Part shown: one piece after another, positions 37,256 through 50,876 of the stretch
Numbering within the stretch: position 1 is the stretch's first letter
Layout of the letters: every line of letters starts with the position of its first letter
Translations under genes and position numbers: made by a program
Notes under the pieces: generated by a model
Seen by the model: only the letters and a program-made list of their open reading frames with translations
The model's database searches: none
What the model was told of the DNA's origin: nothing
Assembly (NCBI RefSeq): GCF_964204645.1
Contig: NC_134029.1
Coordinates: 12,240,850-12,304,849, forward strand
Direction: 5' to 3'
DNA length: 64,000 nucleotides
Origin: Tubulanus polymorphus
Lineage: Eukaryota > Animalia > Nemertea

Positions 37256-40200
37256 TGAATTAATAAGTAAGTAAATAAATAAATAAATAAGTGGATTCAT
37301 TTCACATCATGTATAAGAGAAATAGAGGAGGGAACAGTAAAAAGGCGAGGCTTGTAAGAAATTGGCCCCCTAACCCTTCCCGAACCCAAGTTTTCACAGC
37401 CATACTACAATCACACAACACAATCACACGACATATTCACACATAATCTCCCATACGTATAATGCATGTTTGAATATAAATTCGAATCCAAAATTTAATC
37501 ATAAAGGTTCATTATTTCTAGCAAGCTGAAAGTAAGTAAGTTATGTATTTTTGTTTAAAGATCTTTAATGATTTCGAATTTTAAGTTATCTAGATTGTTT
37601 CAAATAGTGGACGTTTAATTTTCAAAGATAGCAAATTGGTTCGCAGAACGCAAATTTTGGTTATGTAAATTATTATTTCTTATAAAGATATTTTCAAAAA
37701 TATTGGGTAGTTTGGGATTGCAATAAAGATACATAAACTGACCAATTGAATATTTTGCCATATCAGATATTTTCAGGGATTTTAACAGTAAAACAAATAA
37801 ATAAGATAGGTTTGGTAAGTGCTTGTCCAAATCATGTTACAGTAATCAAGATATGGATGGACCAAACTATAATATAGTTATAACGATTGTTTTGAGGGAA
37901 TACGATATGAAATCTTTCGAACAATACCAATGATTTTTGAGATCTTGTAAGAAATAATCATAATATGTTCCTTCCAGTTAAGATTTTCATCAATCTGAAC
38001 ACCCAAGAAATTAGTACTACAAACTCTTTCAATATTCATACCACATTTAGATATTTTGAAATCAATTTTCTTTTTTACTCGACTGAAAACCATATAATGA
38101 GTTTTATTCAAATTCAATAAAACTCTATTAACCACAGATCTAAATTTGATAATTCTTTATTGACCAGAAATTCTAGAGATTTCATATCTTTATGAGGTAT
38201 AAAGGCATTAGTATCATCTGCAAACATTATGAACTGAAATAATTTAGAACTGTTGATGCAGTCATTTATATATAAAAGAAAAAGTATAAGACCTAAAATC
38301 AAACCCTGCGGAACTCTACATGTTAATTTTTTAGATGAAATGGAATTTAAGTTTCACAATTTCACTGTCAGTTGTCGAGATGCAACTTCAGTACAACTCA
38401 ATAATAATTCAATATAGCTAGGAGGATTCTAGGATCTTAAGTATCAAATGCTTGCGAGAGGTCTAAGTAAATACCAATTGAGTATTTATTATCCAGGTTA
38501 TCGATTAAAGCAGAGGGTATTACATTTATTGCCATAGCAGTTGAGTACTCCTCTCTAAATCCAAATTGAGAATCAATTAATACCTGAAAAGATTTGAGGA
38601 ATTTGACTTAGCGGCTATTTACTAGTTTTTCTAGAATTTTAAAAATACATGGAAGTATAGAGATCGGACGATAATTACTAACAATTTGTTTATCTCCTGA
38701 TTTATACAAAGGAAAAGTTTGAGCTATTTTAAGCTCATCTGGAAAGGTACCATCAGAAAAACAATGATTGAAAATATGCGCTAGAAATAGTATCAATTAT
38801 GTTTTTCAATACTTTTTGGGTAATGTCATCAAAACCACAATTATTTTTCGATTTAAAGTTTCTGACAATTATTTCTATATTGTGCGGCAGAATTGGATTT
38901 AGAAATAAACTTTGATCAAGCCGAGGATTCATGAATTTTTACAAACTTACTGATTGAGTAGGAATACAATTAGCTAGAATTGTACATTTGGTCCAACATT
39001 AACGAAGTAGTCATTGAAAGATTTGGCAATTACATCGGGATCAGAGATAAATCTATTATCGATTTTAAAATCATCTGGGTATTTATTCTTTCCAGTAATT
39101 CTTATATAACTTTCCAAGAGTATTTGCTATTTTTACCAGCTCAATCAAATTTATGAATTTCTGAAGGTGAAGCGTGCTTTTGATGATTGAGTTTGTTGCG
39201 TAACATAACGCTTATATAGGTCTTATTGTTCTTTGTTTCAGTGATTTCAACAATCCTCTAGTCATCCATGGATGCAGTGATTTCAACAATCCTCTAGTCA
39301 TCCATGGATGGGAAAAAGTTTAAAATTTGGAGTATTTTTTATAACAATAGGTATACAGTCGTCATATGCTTTCATAAAAATACGAAGGAATTCTGAATAC
39401 GCAACTGATGCAATAGTCAAAGATGTTCTACAATGCCAGTCAGTTTCCTTCTAAAGTTATTAGCGTTTCTTGCATTTATTTCACGATAAGAAAAGTATTT
39501 GTGTTTTGCTTTATTATTACTATTACATTCAAATTAAGTCAAGTTCAAACAAGTGAAAATAGGAATAGAATTAGGCAAAGCCTTGAATGCCCCCGGCCTG
39601 AAATTCACCTCCATGTGAAGTCACAGGGTTTGTGGTGAATGCATTAGAAATATCATGGCCACAATTATTTCTATAAGAATGATATTAGAGAACATGTGTA
39701 CAAAGTGTAAATAATTTATCAACAGTTGCAGCTGGCCCAAGTAATACCCTTACTTGTGTACCAAGTTTGAAATTAATCGGTCAACAATTACAGCCTCTAG
39801 GCTATTAACGTAATTTTTCATGTCGGCCCCCCTGCTGGCCATTATTCGAATCAAATTGACCCAATTCTAAAGAGGATTCGGGGCCAAGTGATACCCTACT
39901 TGTGTACCAAATTTGAAAAAAGGGTCAACAATTGTGGCCTCTATGAGGTTTATGTCGTTATTCATGTCGGCCCCTGGTGACAATAATTTGAATCAAATCA
40001 ACCCAATTTTAAATAGGCTTTTGGCCCATGTGATATCCTACTTGTGTACCAAGTTCGAAATGAATCGGTCACCAATTGGGGCGTCTAGGCTGTTAACGTC
40101 ATTTTTCATGTCAGCCCCCAGGTGGCCATAATTAGAATCGAATCAACCCAATTCTAAATAGGCTTTTGGCCCAAGTGATATCCTACTTGTGTACCAAATT

Positions 40201-41300
40201 CGAAATGAATCGGTCACCGATTGCAGCCTCTAGGCTGTTAACATCGTTTTTCATGTCAGCCCCCAGGTGGCCATAATTTGAATCAAATCAACCCAATTTC
40301 AAATAGGGTTCTGGCCCAAGTGGTATACTACTTGTGTACTAAGTTTGAAATGAATCGGTCAACAATTGCGGCCTCTAGACTGTTAACGTCATTTTTCATG
40401 TCGGCCCCTTGGTGGCCATAATTTGAATCGAATCGACCCAAGTTTAAACAGGATTCTGGCCAAGTGATATCCTACTTGAGTACCAAGTTTGAAAACAATC
40501 GGTCAACAATTGCGGCCTCTAGGCAGTTAACGTCACTTGTGGCGGTGGCTGCAGTTGCGTATTCAGGCAGGGGTAAATCTATATGCCCCCTTTCAACTTA
40601 AGTTGAACCAAGGGCATAAATATGGTCGGTTATGTTCCAAATAATAGCACCAGAACTTAGATTATGATTAACGTAGGTGTTTATAACAATATTGTCAATA
40701 ATAGTTGCTGAAGTATCAGTAACATGAGTAGAAACTAATGAAAGAATTTGACATGGAGTCAACAAATTTGGTAATAGGTAAATGTGAAGATGAATGCGAT
40801 AGATCTATATTGATATGACCCATGATAAAATATCTCTTAAAAATATTTTTTATGAGTTTTGATAACTGCATTTCTAAATCTCTTTTAAAATCAATCAAGC
40901 CACTACCTGTCCAATATATCACTCCAATACACACATTATTCGATAGTTCAATAAAAAGGTGTTCGAAACTGTCAAATAGCGTATTCAACTGGTTATCAGT
41001 ATGAAAATAAATATCATTCTTGACATATAGAGCAACGCCTCCACCTCCTTTGTACCTTTTACTTAGGAATATACTTATATAACCATCAATATTATGCATG
41101 GAAAAAATTGGAGGTCCACGTTTCAGAAAACCAATAATATCAAACTTACATTTGAAAGATTTGTAAGCGGTGTAAAATAGCTGACAATATAGTCTTACTT
41201 CGAAGTAATAACAGCATCAAAATCACAATCAGTAACATACTTATCATTTCTAAGTATATCACATTCAAAAAATTGGTTTTACACATCATTCTATTAATTA
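37256..41300 (-). mobile_element. LINE (CR1/L2-group), near-complete ORF2 pseudogene
   Basis: Endonuclease motifs (FDIIG..ETW, GGGVALYV, IGVIY) and RT motifs (NYRPISILP, LFLLYIND, MFADDT); short-repeat tail at 37256-37290; many frameshifts. Confidence 0.9.
39548..40620 (+). mobile_element. HINE-like family B nested in the LINE
   Basis: Starts AACAAG, has ~120-bp tandem units (CTACTTGTGTACCAAGTTTGAAA) and ends TATGCCCC...TTCAACTTAAGTTGAA...GGGCATAAA. Confidence 0.8.
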
Positions 41301-41373
41301 AGAGGGCATTTGACGTTTAATGAGAAAGTTTGTGCAAATTAGCAGAACATTGAATTTGTATTCAGATACATAC

Positions 41374-41481
41374 CTGTTTGGTAAGTAACTCCATACAGAT
41401 AGCACCACCTCCAAGGACGTAGCCACCCGTTATCACAGGATGTATGACTCTCACAAATGGAGGTTCATATGGAAATGAATC
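41374..41481 (-). CDS. UBE2Q: UBE2Q coding exon containing the catalytic cysteine
   Basis: AG|[36 protein letters not shown]|GT, 108 nt. Confidence 0.97.
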
Positions 41482-41914
41482 CTGCAATACAGCAACAGAC
41501 TGGAGATTATCCAATACTGGCAAAAAACCGGAAGAAGTAACATGTGTAATTTACCCAAAAACTTCAACTTGATTAATTTTCCGTAGATTCAATAGAGCAG
41601 ACCTTGATTTCATCTTTTGTTGAACAAATGTCCAATGTTTATTAGCATTTTAAAACATTTTTCGTAGTCCCAGATTTTCAAACGGCAAGATGTTTATACG
41701 AGAAACCAAATTCTTAAGATGGAGTTTCCAAAATTTACATGACGACACTTACACAAGAAGATCATAATGACCAACCACACGGAACTGTATTGGTTTATAC
41801 ATTTGGACTAATAAACTTGCCAAAAATAAACAAGAGCCCCAAGGGGCACTATGGCCAGCCTGTAAGCTTTTCATAAAATGGCATGATGCATTCTATGGAT
41901 TATATTTGTCACCT

Positions 41915-42180
41915 GTAAACTCTCTAAACCCTAACCCCCTAAATTCTAACTCTCTAAACCCTGAACCCTAAAACCCCAAACCCTTACTCTCCAGACCCTA
42001 ACTCTCTAAACCCTAACCCTCAAACCCTACTCCTCTAAACCTTAACCCCCTCTTAACAACCCCTCTAATCCTTTAAACCCTCTAATCCACTGAACCCTAA
42101 CCCCCTGAATCCTCTGAACCCTCAACCGTCTAAAACCAAACCCCCAAATCCTACTCTTCTAAACCCTAACCCCTTAAAAA
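41915..42180. repeat. Degenerate CCCTAA/CTCTAAA low-complexity tract within a repeat element
   Basis: Irregular AACCCT-like units; followed by ~90-bp tandem units at 42270-42540. Confidence 0.7.
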
Positions 42181-43839
42181 TATCTTTGAATAAACCAATT
42201 TCAGTGTAATTGCCATCTTGATATCTAAATGCTGATCGTTTAATAATGGGAAACAGTTTGTTGCTATGTTTACATAGAATCGCAGACAATAACGCAATTA
42301 TTTGCGTTAGTGTTGATTCATACATTCGCATTGTTGGTGATATTTTTATATAGAATCGCAGAGTCACAAAAATAACGCGATTCTTTGTGACCGTGTCAAT
42401 TCTTACAATCGCATTGTTGGTGATATTTTAGATAGAATCGCACACGTGCAAAAGTAATGCGATTCTTTACGATCAGGTCAATTTATACATTCGCATTGTT
42501 CGTGATATTTTTAAATAGAATCGCAGACACGCAACCATAACATGAGTGCCATATTCAGAAATACCGCAGGGTTATGCTTTTCACAGCCATGCTTATTCAC
42601 TGCTTTTACAGCCCACGACGAACCTTGGCAGTTGAATCATTTGCAGTTTCCTGCCACACGTGAGGCGCGCTTTTCATATAAGTTTAAGTTTATTGAAATA
42701 GACCACTATGGTCCTTTATATCATTACAGTAAATTTCTATAAACACAGTATATTCAATATGATACAATACATTACGGAAAATATAACGCCGTTTATGTAT
42801 CGGCCCCCATCATATACATGCATGTAGCGCTCAGTAGTGAACTGAGCAATCACTGAAGTCTATTCAGAATGAGTTGGCGTGCGGCTTTTTGACCACAGAG
42901 GTATCAGTTTACAGTAGTGAACTCAGTGGCAGAGTGCATGCTGAGCCAGTTTAGTGGCTTGTTGCTATAGTTTTGTACACAGATTCAGCTAATGTGAATA
43001 ACTTGCAAGATCTCACAAAACATGTAGTCAGTTTAGGAATATAGAATTTAGTTTGTCTTGTTGTTTTATACACTCTTATTGGATGATGACGTAAAGTTGA
43101 TGGATGGCAAAGCCAGGCAGAATTTTCGAGGATTTTGCTTATTTCACAAAGCATTCAATGAATGGAAAGAAGACACATTACTTAGTTTCACACATGTCAA
43201 GTAGCATATTTTCATAGCTAGATATTTACACAACATAAAGACAGTTATTTTTGCGGTTTTCACTCATAGAAGTGGCACTATGTCTGGATCACAAGATGGC
43301 ACAGAACTCCAGTCTTTTGTCACTTAACGTATCATCCGTGGAAGCATCCATATTATATTCAGAGTTTGAATCTGATTCAGATAAGGAATCATCGTCGATA
43401 TTTATGATAAATTTGTCAACCATATCATCCATCAGGCCAGGAAACACTGGACAACGTCAGCCACCTTTGTTTTTGATGCATCGTCTTTGTTACTATGCAA
43501 GATTGAATAAGCAAACATTCACAAAGACTAGTCTCGACGACTCTGGATTTATTTTCCGAGCTAGTTCCTGAGCTATGAGGAAACTACATGTTAAAAGTAG
43601 AAATCATTTGCATTTTAAATTGACTTGTGTAATATTTAAGAACAAAGTGAATTAGATGCAAGTTTTATGTGTGTGTGTGTGTAGTTATTCACTCTTGGTG
43701 GACGCTGGGCTGCAGTGGGTCAGCGCAGCTGTGATGGATCATTTGTGTAGCAACTATCTGACAGGTCACAGCAGTAGCTGCTCTTTGATGTGGAGAAAAA
43801 GCCGCACATCAACTCGTTGTGAATAGACATTACATAGCT

Positions 43840-43842
<3 letters not shown>

Positions 43843-43885
<43 letters not shown>

Positions 43886-43898
43886 GCGTGTGTGTGTG
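43843..43898. repeat. (TG)n microsatellite
   Basis: Directly visible. Confidence 0.95.
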
Positions 43899-44140
43899 TA
43901 GCATGAATATACGTAATAGGGCATATATTCTTCGGACACAAATGTAGTTCCAACAACAAATAAATAACTAAATTAATAAATAAGCAACTCATTCCGATGA
44001 AATTCAATAGGGTAAAAGATTTTATTACTGCATTTAATGTTTAGGTTGGAAGATAAACTAAGCCTCGTTTTGAAGTTATTTTGTACCAAAGCAAGAAAGT
44101 TTCATATGCGATAGCAAAATGGACTTCGCGAAGGTCCATG

Positions 44141-45192
44141 AAAACTAGGGGTCCAGGGACACCATACCCACTTGGGAAGTGGTTTCAAATGCTTAACAAT
44201 CTTACGACTTCAGTATTTAATGCCCCCTGGTGACCATATACAAAAACCAATGACCTTGAAACTCAACTCAACCATAGAACATGTCATGAGCTATAACTTT
44301 GCGATTGATCATGGTAACCAATATAATGAGGAAATACTAAGTCATTCTACTATTTAACGACCCCTGGTGACCATATAGAATAACTAATGACCTTAAAACT
44401 CACCAAAATCATAGATCATGTCATGAGCTACAACTTTGCAATTGATTGTGGTAACAAAATATGCTTACGAAAATAATATACATATACTAAGTTATTGTAT
44501 TATTCAACTCCCCCTGGTGGCCATATACAAAAATCAATGACCTTGAAACTCACCACAATCATAGAACACGTTATGGGCTACAACTTTCTAGATGATTGTG
44601 GTAACAAAATACGTAGGTATCAATATAATGTGGAAGCACTTTTTTCCACCTACAAATGAGTACTGATGACACCAAGGGCCGCCAATTGCATCATAATTGG
44701 CTGATCAAAGTAGTCTGGTATAAAAGATCCCCTTCCAAAGAATACCCATCACAAATTGCACTGAAAAATGGCAAACCAGTAGGAAGCTACAGGAATGGGC
44801 ACAAGAGGTCACAGGACCGCCATCTTGATTGCGATCAACCTTATTTTTCTTAAGCTGATGGGACCTTGGGCGATTCAAATATACTATGAATGATCAAGGT
44901 GATTGGTCAAAGCATCTTCAAAATTTCTCTCAAAAAGCTCAACAATATGTAAAAAGTGCTGATTTGGGCAAACAACAATGGCTGCCAGTTGGCCATCTTG
45001 ATTCTGACAGGGACAGTTTTTGGGCTGAAGATGTGTCTAGGGTAGATACAAACATTAACCCAAATATTAAAACTTTGCATTGAAGCATCTTAACAACTTC
45101 CCCAAAAAACTGGATTCCGTCCATGGATAGATGGACGGATGAAAAGTGAACGCAATAGCCCGCTGGGACTAAAGTCCAAAATGGGCTAAAAA
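44141..45192 (+). mobile_element. HINE-like family A, apparently full-length copy
   Basis: AAAACTAGGGGTCCAGGGACACC start, core repeats, GGAT/GGAC microsatellite and terminal hairpin. Confidence 0.8.
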
Positions 45193-45988
45193 CTGTCGTT
45201 TATCTACTGATTTAAAATTGATTTCGACCAAATCTAAGTACAACATTACAACCAACTAGTCAGAAATCCCGTTATCGCTGCTTTGCAGCTATATTTATTA
45301 TTAATACTTTCCCACTCCTTGACTTGGAGAGCAATTAGATACAATCTTAATGACGATTTATTTAAATTTCATTGTACGGTATAAAATGAGGCTTATGGGC
45401 CTTGAAGCAATGGCACATCATACTGTGTTATGGTAGTACATCGAATATTCTAAATCTGCCAGCAAATGTACAGGCAGTGAATGGCAGGACTAAAGACTTT
45501 ACGTCAATTTGTCTTTATGTACCATTTTCATTCATACTGAAGGTGAAATACAATTGTATCGAATGTGCACATCTCATTTTCCTTTGAACCGAGAGCAACC
45601 TGGAAAATATATTCCTGACAACCAGCTCAAAAACCAGGATATTGCTAACTCTAAATTTTTTGGTCATTTTTAGAATGTTGGATTGATGCCAACAAGTGGC
45701 CTTTTTTCTATCATATATGGTCAATCGATTGGTTATTTTCTTTTGACTATTTTTTTCTCATATTCAACATAGCTGTAATCCTGATTGAACATAGAAGTTC
45801 CAAAGATGTTAATCAGATTATGTAGTTGTTAATCGTATTTTTGTTCCATTGTGAATCTTGGCCATTATTTTCAGTCCAGCGACTCAGTGCAGGAGTAAAA
45901 TGATTAAAATCATTTTTCAATGCAGGAGTAAAATGATTAAAAAGGATGGCTTGCGTGTTGTTTGCATTGTTTGTAACTAATCACTTAC

Positions 45989-46079
45989 TCTGTATGTGAA
46001 GTTCAGTAATATATGATCTCGACCTTCCTTTTCTTTATATGTGTTTAGATCCTTATGAAGAGGACTATCAGGATCCACT
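45989..46079 (-). CDS. UBE2Q: UBE2Q coding exon
   Basis: AG|(K)[30 protein letters not shown]|GTAAGT, 91 nt. Confidence 0.95.
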
Positions 46080-46160
46080 CTGAAAGAATCATCACATTTA
46101 ATTTTACTCAAATAGTAAACAGTGGATAGTGAGGAAAAAATGTATTATTGGAGAACTTAC

Positions 46161-46221
46161 TTGAAAAGTCGAATGTTCCAATCATAAAGACTGTCATTGA
46201 CTAGTTCTAAATCGTAAATGC
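46161..46221 (-). CDS. UBE2Q: UBE2Q coding exon
   Basis: AG|(G)IYDLELVNDSLYDWNIRLF(K)|GTAAGT, 61 nt; 81-bp intron to the next exon. Confidence 0.95.
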
Positions 46222-46631
46222 CTGAAAAGAGAGAAGCAATAAAAGGAATGAAAATGGCGACAGTATTTATAAGTCAACATAATAAGATATAGAATATACA
46301 AATCTGCCATTGTATACAGTATGAGATGTACTCTCATACATTTGTACACAAGGCAGATTTCACGACATAGGGTACCATTTATATCGATTTTAAAAGAATA
46401 CTTTTTTTTAGAAAAATACATGAAAATTTAATGGGACCTTTTTATGAACCATAAAGGTAAGTGCAAAAGGAAAAGAGTTAAAATAAACAGTCTTGTTATC
46501 CAAATCAAGTTTATCTAATTTCTGCTGGCATTTGAAAGCTGTGATAACATGATATCCTGATTAATCTAAGCCATGATGTATGACTCATCACAAAAATAAA
46601 GAATCCAGCTTATTAACAACATTTTTTACAT

Positions 46632-46998
46632 AGTAAGGGGTCCAGGGACACCATACCCACATGGAAAATTTTAAATACTCAACAATCCAACAATTTCAAT
46701 ATTCAACGTAGCCTGGTGACCATATACAAAAACCAATGACCTTGAAACTCACCACAATCATAGCACATGTCAGCAGCTACAATTTTGTAATCGATTGTGA
46801 TAACAATATATTCCTCAGTACCAATATAAAATGGAAATACTAAGTTATTCTACTAATCAACGCTTCTGGTGACCATATGCAAATCCCAATGACCTTGAAA
46901 CTCTCCACAATCATAGAACATGGCATGAGCTACAATTTTGCAACTAATTATGGTAACTAAGTATGCCTAGGTACCAATATAATATTAAGGAATTACTA
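46632..46998 (+). mobile_element. HINE-like family A, 5' fragment
   Basis: Same start as 44141; truncated where BEL element 2 begins. Confidence 0.7.
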
Positions 46999-47079
46999 TG
47001 TTATGCGCAATTCTCATTTTCGATGTATTGTGTTGTTTTGGTCGTCGGTTACCACATCATTTACGAGTTTGAAGATGAA

Positions 47080-47721
47080 TCCAGGAAGAAAGACACTCTA
47101 AATATTTGGATGGATATATGAAAGCTGTGGGTACTGGAGTGTGTAATGGGTAGTGTAGTGTGATCTGTGTGCATTTGTGGCCAGCACACAGATCACATGG
47201 TTCAATGGGGTTTGGTCCAGGACTCGCGAGATTTTCAACAACACGGAAGTAACGTGTAATAAATGATGACTTGAATAGCATGACTACCTACCACCCCTCA
47301 TTATTGTTGGAAAACTAAACGTTCGGCACTGAAAATTAGTAATAACATTTTAGAAATGGCCAGAATTACAACTTAGGTTCTATCTCATTTTTATTTTACA
47401 ATTGCGATTGGTATAACTTTTTTCTAAAGGGCCGTTAAGGCTTCATGTTTCATCTGCAATTCACTGCAAATAGTTACGCAACTACGCACATTTCAGTGTT
47501 TTTGGCAGCTGTACACTCAATCGGCACCGTTCGTGACTAGCTTCACTGCGGAATTATCATTAATTAACATCGCCATATCACATCATCAACTTATATTGTG
47601 CCTTAAAAACCTAACAGCCAAAATAATTGAAATGCACACACGATTTCTATCATTGTAAATTGAGAGAGTGGCCATGTTTGTGTTTGCTGCTTCGCGTAAA
47701 TCCCGCGCGGTGGCCGATACG
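47080..47721 (+). mobile_element. ~640-bp non-autonomous element without TIRs (Helitron-like), copy 1
   Basis: Near-identical to 61796-62461; starts TC after A, is followed by T, and has a GC-rich 3' end. Confidence 0.65.
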
Positions 47722-50700
47722 TCAAGATCATGTAGTGGAGACTGGAGAAGACAGCGCCGAAAAAGCTGAATCATTGGGGCGAGGTAGGAAGAAGTCTTTT
47801 ACTGAAAAGGGTCGCAGTTATACTATCGACACGTAAGAGAAAAGATTGGAAAGTAAATATTCGGAGCTTCAAAGAAAGACAAATTTACTTCAATCTATGT
47901 TGATGGACCCTGATTGTAAAAGTGATGTCATTGAACCTCAGTATAAACGATGGCTCACTTTGATAAAGACGTTTTATCAGTATCATGATGATCTGTGCAA
48001 GTGCTATGATGATTCAGAACGCCAGGCATATTTAGGGAAATTTAATGACAGGGAAGAGTTCATCAAACGATTCAAGTCAGAGGCAGAACAATGGTTTAAA
48101 GAAAATGTTCAGTTACCAATACACGTTGTAGTGGAAGATGATGTACTGTCGCAGAAAAGCAAAGATTCATTCGATTCCCGTTCACAGCAGTCTTCGATTG
48201 GTAGTTCAATTATGTCTGCAAAGATTAAAGAAGCCCAACACGTTGCTGAGCTCACTACCCGGGCAGAGGCACTAAGGAAAAAGCAGGCTTTGGATGAAAC
48301 GAAGTTTCGCCTAAAACAGGAGGAGGAGGCTCTAGAGATAAATACCAGTAGTTAGCAGTAGCGGGTGCTCGATCTAAGGTTTTAGAAAGTCTAGGTGAAA
48401 ACGTTGATCCACTGAATCTCTCGGAAACTGGTTCAGTTATGGTGAAGACACAATTGGATCCACTATCACAGCCTTTCATCCCCTGTCGGCCTATGGTGTC
48501 GACCGAGATACACGAACAGGGTTGTGAACAACTGATGAACGAATTCGCAGATGGATCAGCATGGACGTCGAAAATGGTGCGCCAGTTAAAAAAACCTATG
48601 TTGGAGATTAAGAAGTTTAGTGGTAGCCCCTAGAATACAATAGATTTATGCGTCAGTTCAAGGTTATGGTTATTGAAATATCTGATAACTATGATTAAAA
48701 ATTGAATTATCTTGAACAGTTAACAATCGGCGAAGCCAACAAAATCGTGACTGGTTTCAGTTATCTAGACTGTGCTCGTGGATTTGAATCAGCCATGCGA
48801 GAGTTGAAAGAAAGATACGGGGATCCTCAGCTTATAGCCCAGGCATTTATTTCAAAAGCTCTGCAATGGCCTGACGTCAAGGCAGATGATCCGAAAAGGT
48901 TAGATGAGTTCTCTATATTCCTGGTGGAGTGCGAAAATACAGTGAGGTGCAACGACGCGGTAAGAATACTCGAATATCCGAAAAACTTGAAACGTCTAAT
49001 CGCTAAGTTGCTACTATTCCTTCACGATAGATGGCGAACGATTGCCATGCAAAAAAGAGACACCGGACAGTCAGTTCATTTTGGAGATTTGGTCACTTTC
49101 GTAAAACGTGAGTCCAAAAAGGCAAATGATCCCGTTTATGGACGCGATGCAATGGGAAGTAGCCGGAGGAAGCCGATGCTTTTCAGTCAGATGAAACCTA
49201 GAATGAGTAGTAATTTTGCCTACGATAAGACGCAAGATAGTATCCGAATTTCGGGATTTGGCGGCGATTCGAAGACTTGTGCGTACTGTAGGGGTTCAGA
49301 TCATGGCCTTAGTTGCTGCAAGAAGTTTGAAGAATGCTCATTTAAAGAAAAGAAGAACTTCTTACGAACTAGTTCACGCTGATTTGGCTGCCTAGGTGAA
49401 GGTCACATCAGTCGCTTCTGTACTAAAAGATTTGTTTGTAAAAAGTGTCAGAAACTACATCCGACAATACTTCACATCGAAAGATTTAATCAACAGGCAA
49501 CTTCATTGATTCCTCAACAGACTTCAGCGGTACCAAAGGTTAATGCATTCTCGGAATATGATGACGGGAAGTCTAATTACAAGATGGCAGTAATTCCCGT
49601 GAAAGTTCGTATTAATGGTTGCACTGGTCTGGAAACATATGCTTTCATGGACACCGGAAGCAATGTCTCCTTTTGATCGACTTCTCTCATGCAGAAATTG
49701 GGTATTACTGGAAAAAAGAAAAGAATTAAGTTAGATACCATGGGAGAATCAGTTACGATGGAAACCTTTTGTCTAAAAGGAATTCAAATTGGTGATTTCA
49801 ACGAAAAAGCCTTCCTTGATTTACCAACAACTGATACGAAATTGACTATTCCAGGATCGAGGTTGCATATACCATTACCCGAGGACCTACAAAATGGCCT
49901 CATCTCACAGGCATTGATCTCCCAGTCATTGATTCCGGCATTGAGCTACTAATTGGAGGTAATGTAGCAGAGGCGTATTATCCGTTAGAATGTTTGGCAG
50001 GGCCACACGGTAGTCCTCACGTCACAAGAACGATACTCGGATGGATTCCGTGGGGTGTACGTCAAGATGACTCGCAACAAGTTGACTTATCATACGCTAC
50101 TGATGCCCGTATAATTTCTGACTGTAAGGAGTAACAGAACCTGGATCGGATGGTTAGACAGGCAATGAATTTTGATTTTCCGTAGCCAGCCTTGGATGAG
50201 AAAGCAGAAAATTCGCAGAATGATATGGCATTTCTAAAAAAGGTTAATCATTCTATTCAACTTAAAGGCCATTACGTTATTGAATTGCCATTTAGAGATG
50301 ATGATATCAAATTACCAGTCAACAAGGATCTCGCTTTGAAAAGATTAAAAAGCTTAGAACGAGAGCTATGAGATCAACTGCAGTTTAAAGCTGATTATGA
50401 TAATTTCATGGCAACGATCTTAAAGAGAGGTTACGCAGAGTTAGTTCCTGAGAAAGACTAGAACCGTGATGATGGACGGGTATGGTACATACCACATCAT
50501 GGCGTCTACCATGGACAGAAGAAAAAAATAAGAGTAGTTTTTGACTGCACGGCACGTTTAAATGGAGTTTCATTGAATGATGTATTACTCCCAGGTCCCG
50601 ATTTGACCAGCAATCTACTGGGCGAACTGCTTCGATTCAGAATGGAAAATGTAGCTATCATGGGCGACGTAGAGAAGATGTTCTATCAGGTCCAGGTACC

Positions 50701-50876
50701 TGAAAAGGATCGTGATTGTTTAAGATTTTACTGGTGCCTGATGGCAATTTAGACTCCAAACCTCAGATTTTTCGTATGACCGTTCACCTGTTTGGTGCAG
50801 TTTCATCGCCTAGTTGTTCCTACATAGGTCTTCGTCAGATGGCCTTCGATTTAGCAGTATGATCAGTGAGTATGAT

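Noticed and set aside
41915-42180. Telomere or chromosome-fusion relic
   Set aside because: Units are highly irregular and embedded in an interspersed repeat within an intron.
43251-43571. 106-aa Ser-rich ORF and its acidic antisense frame
   Set aside because: Low complexity, stops in the antisense frame, and no supportable family assignment.
43720-44007. His-Thr repeat protein
   Set aside because: It is the translation of a (CA)n microsatellite.
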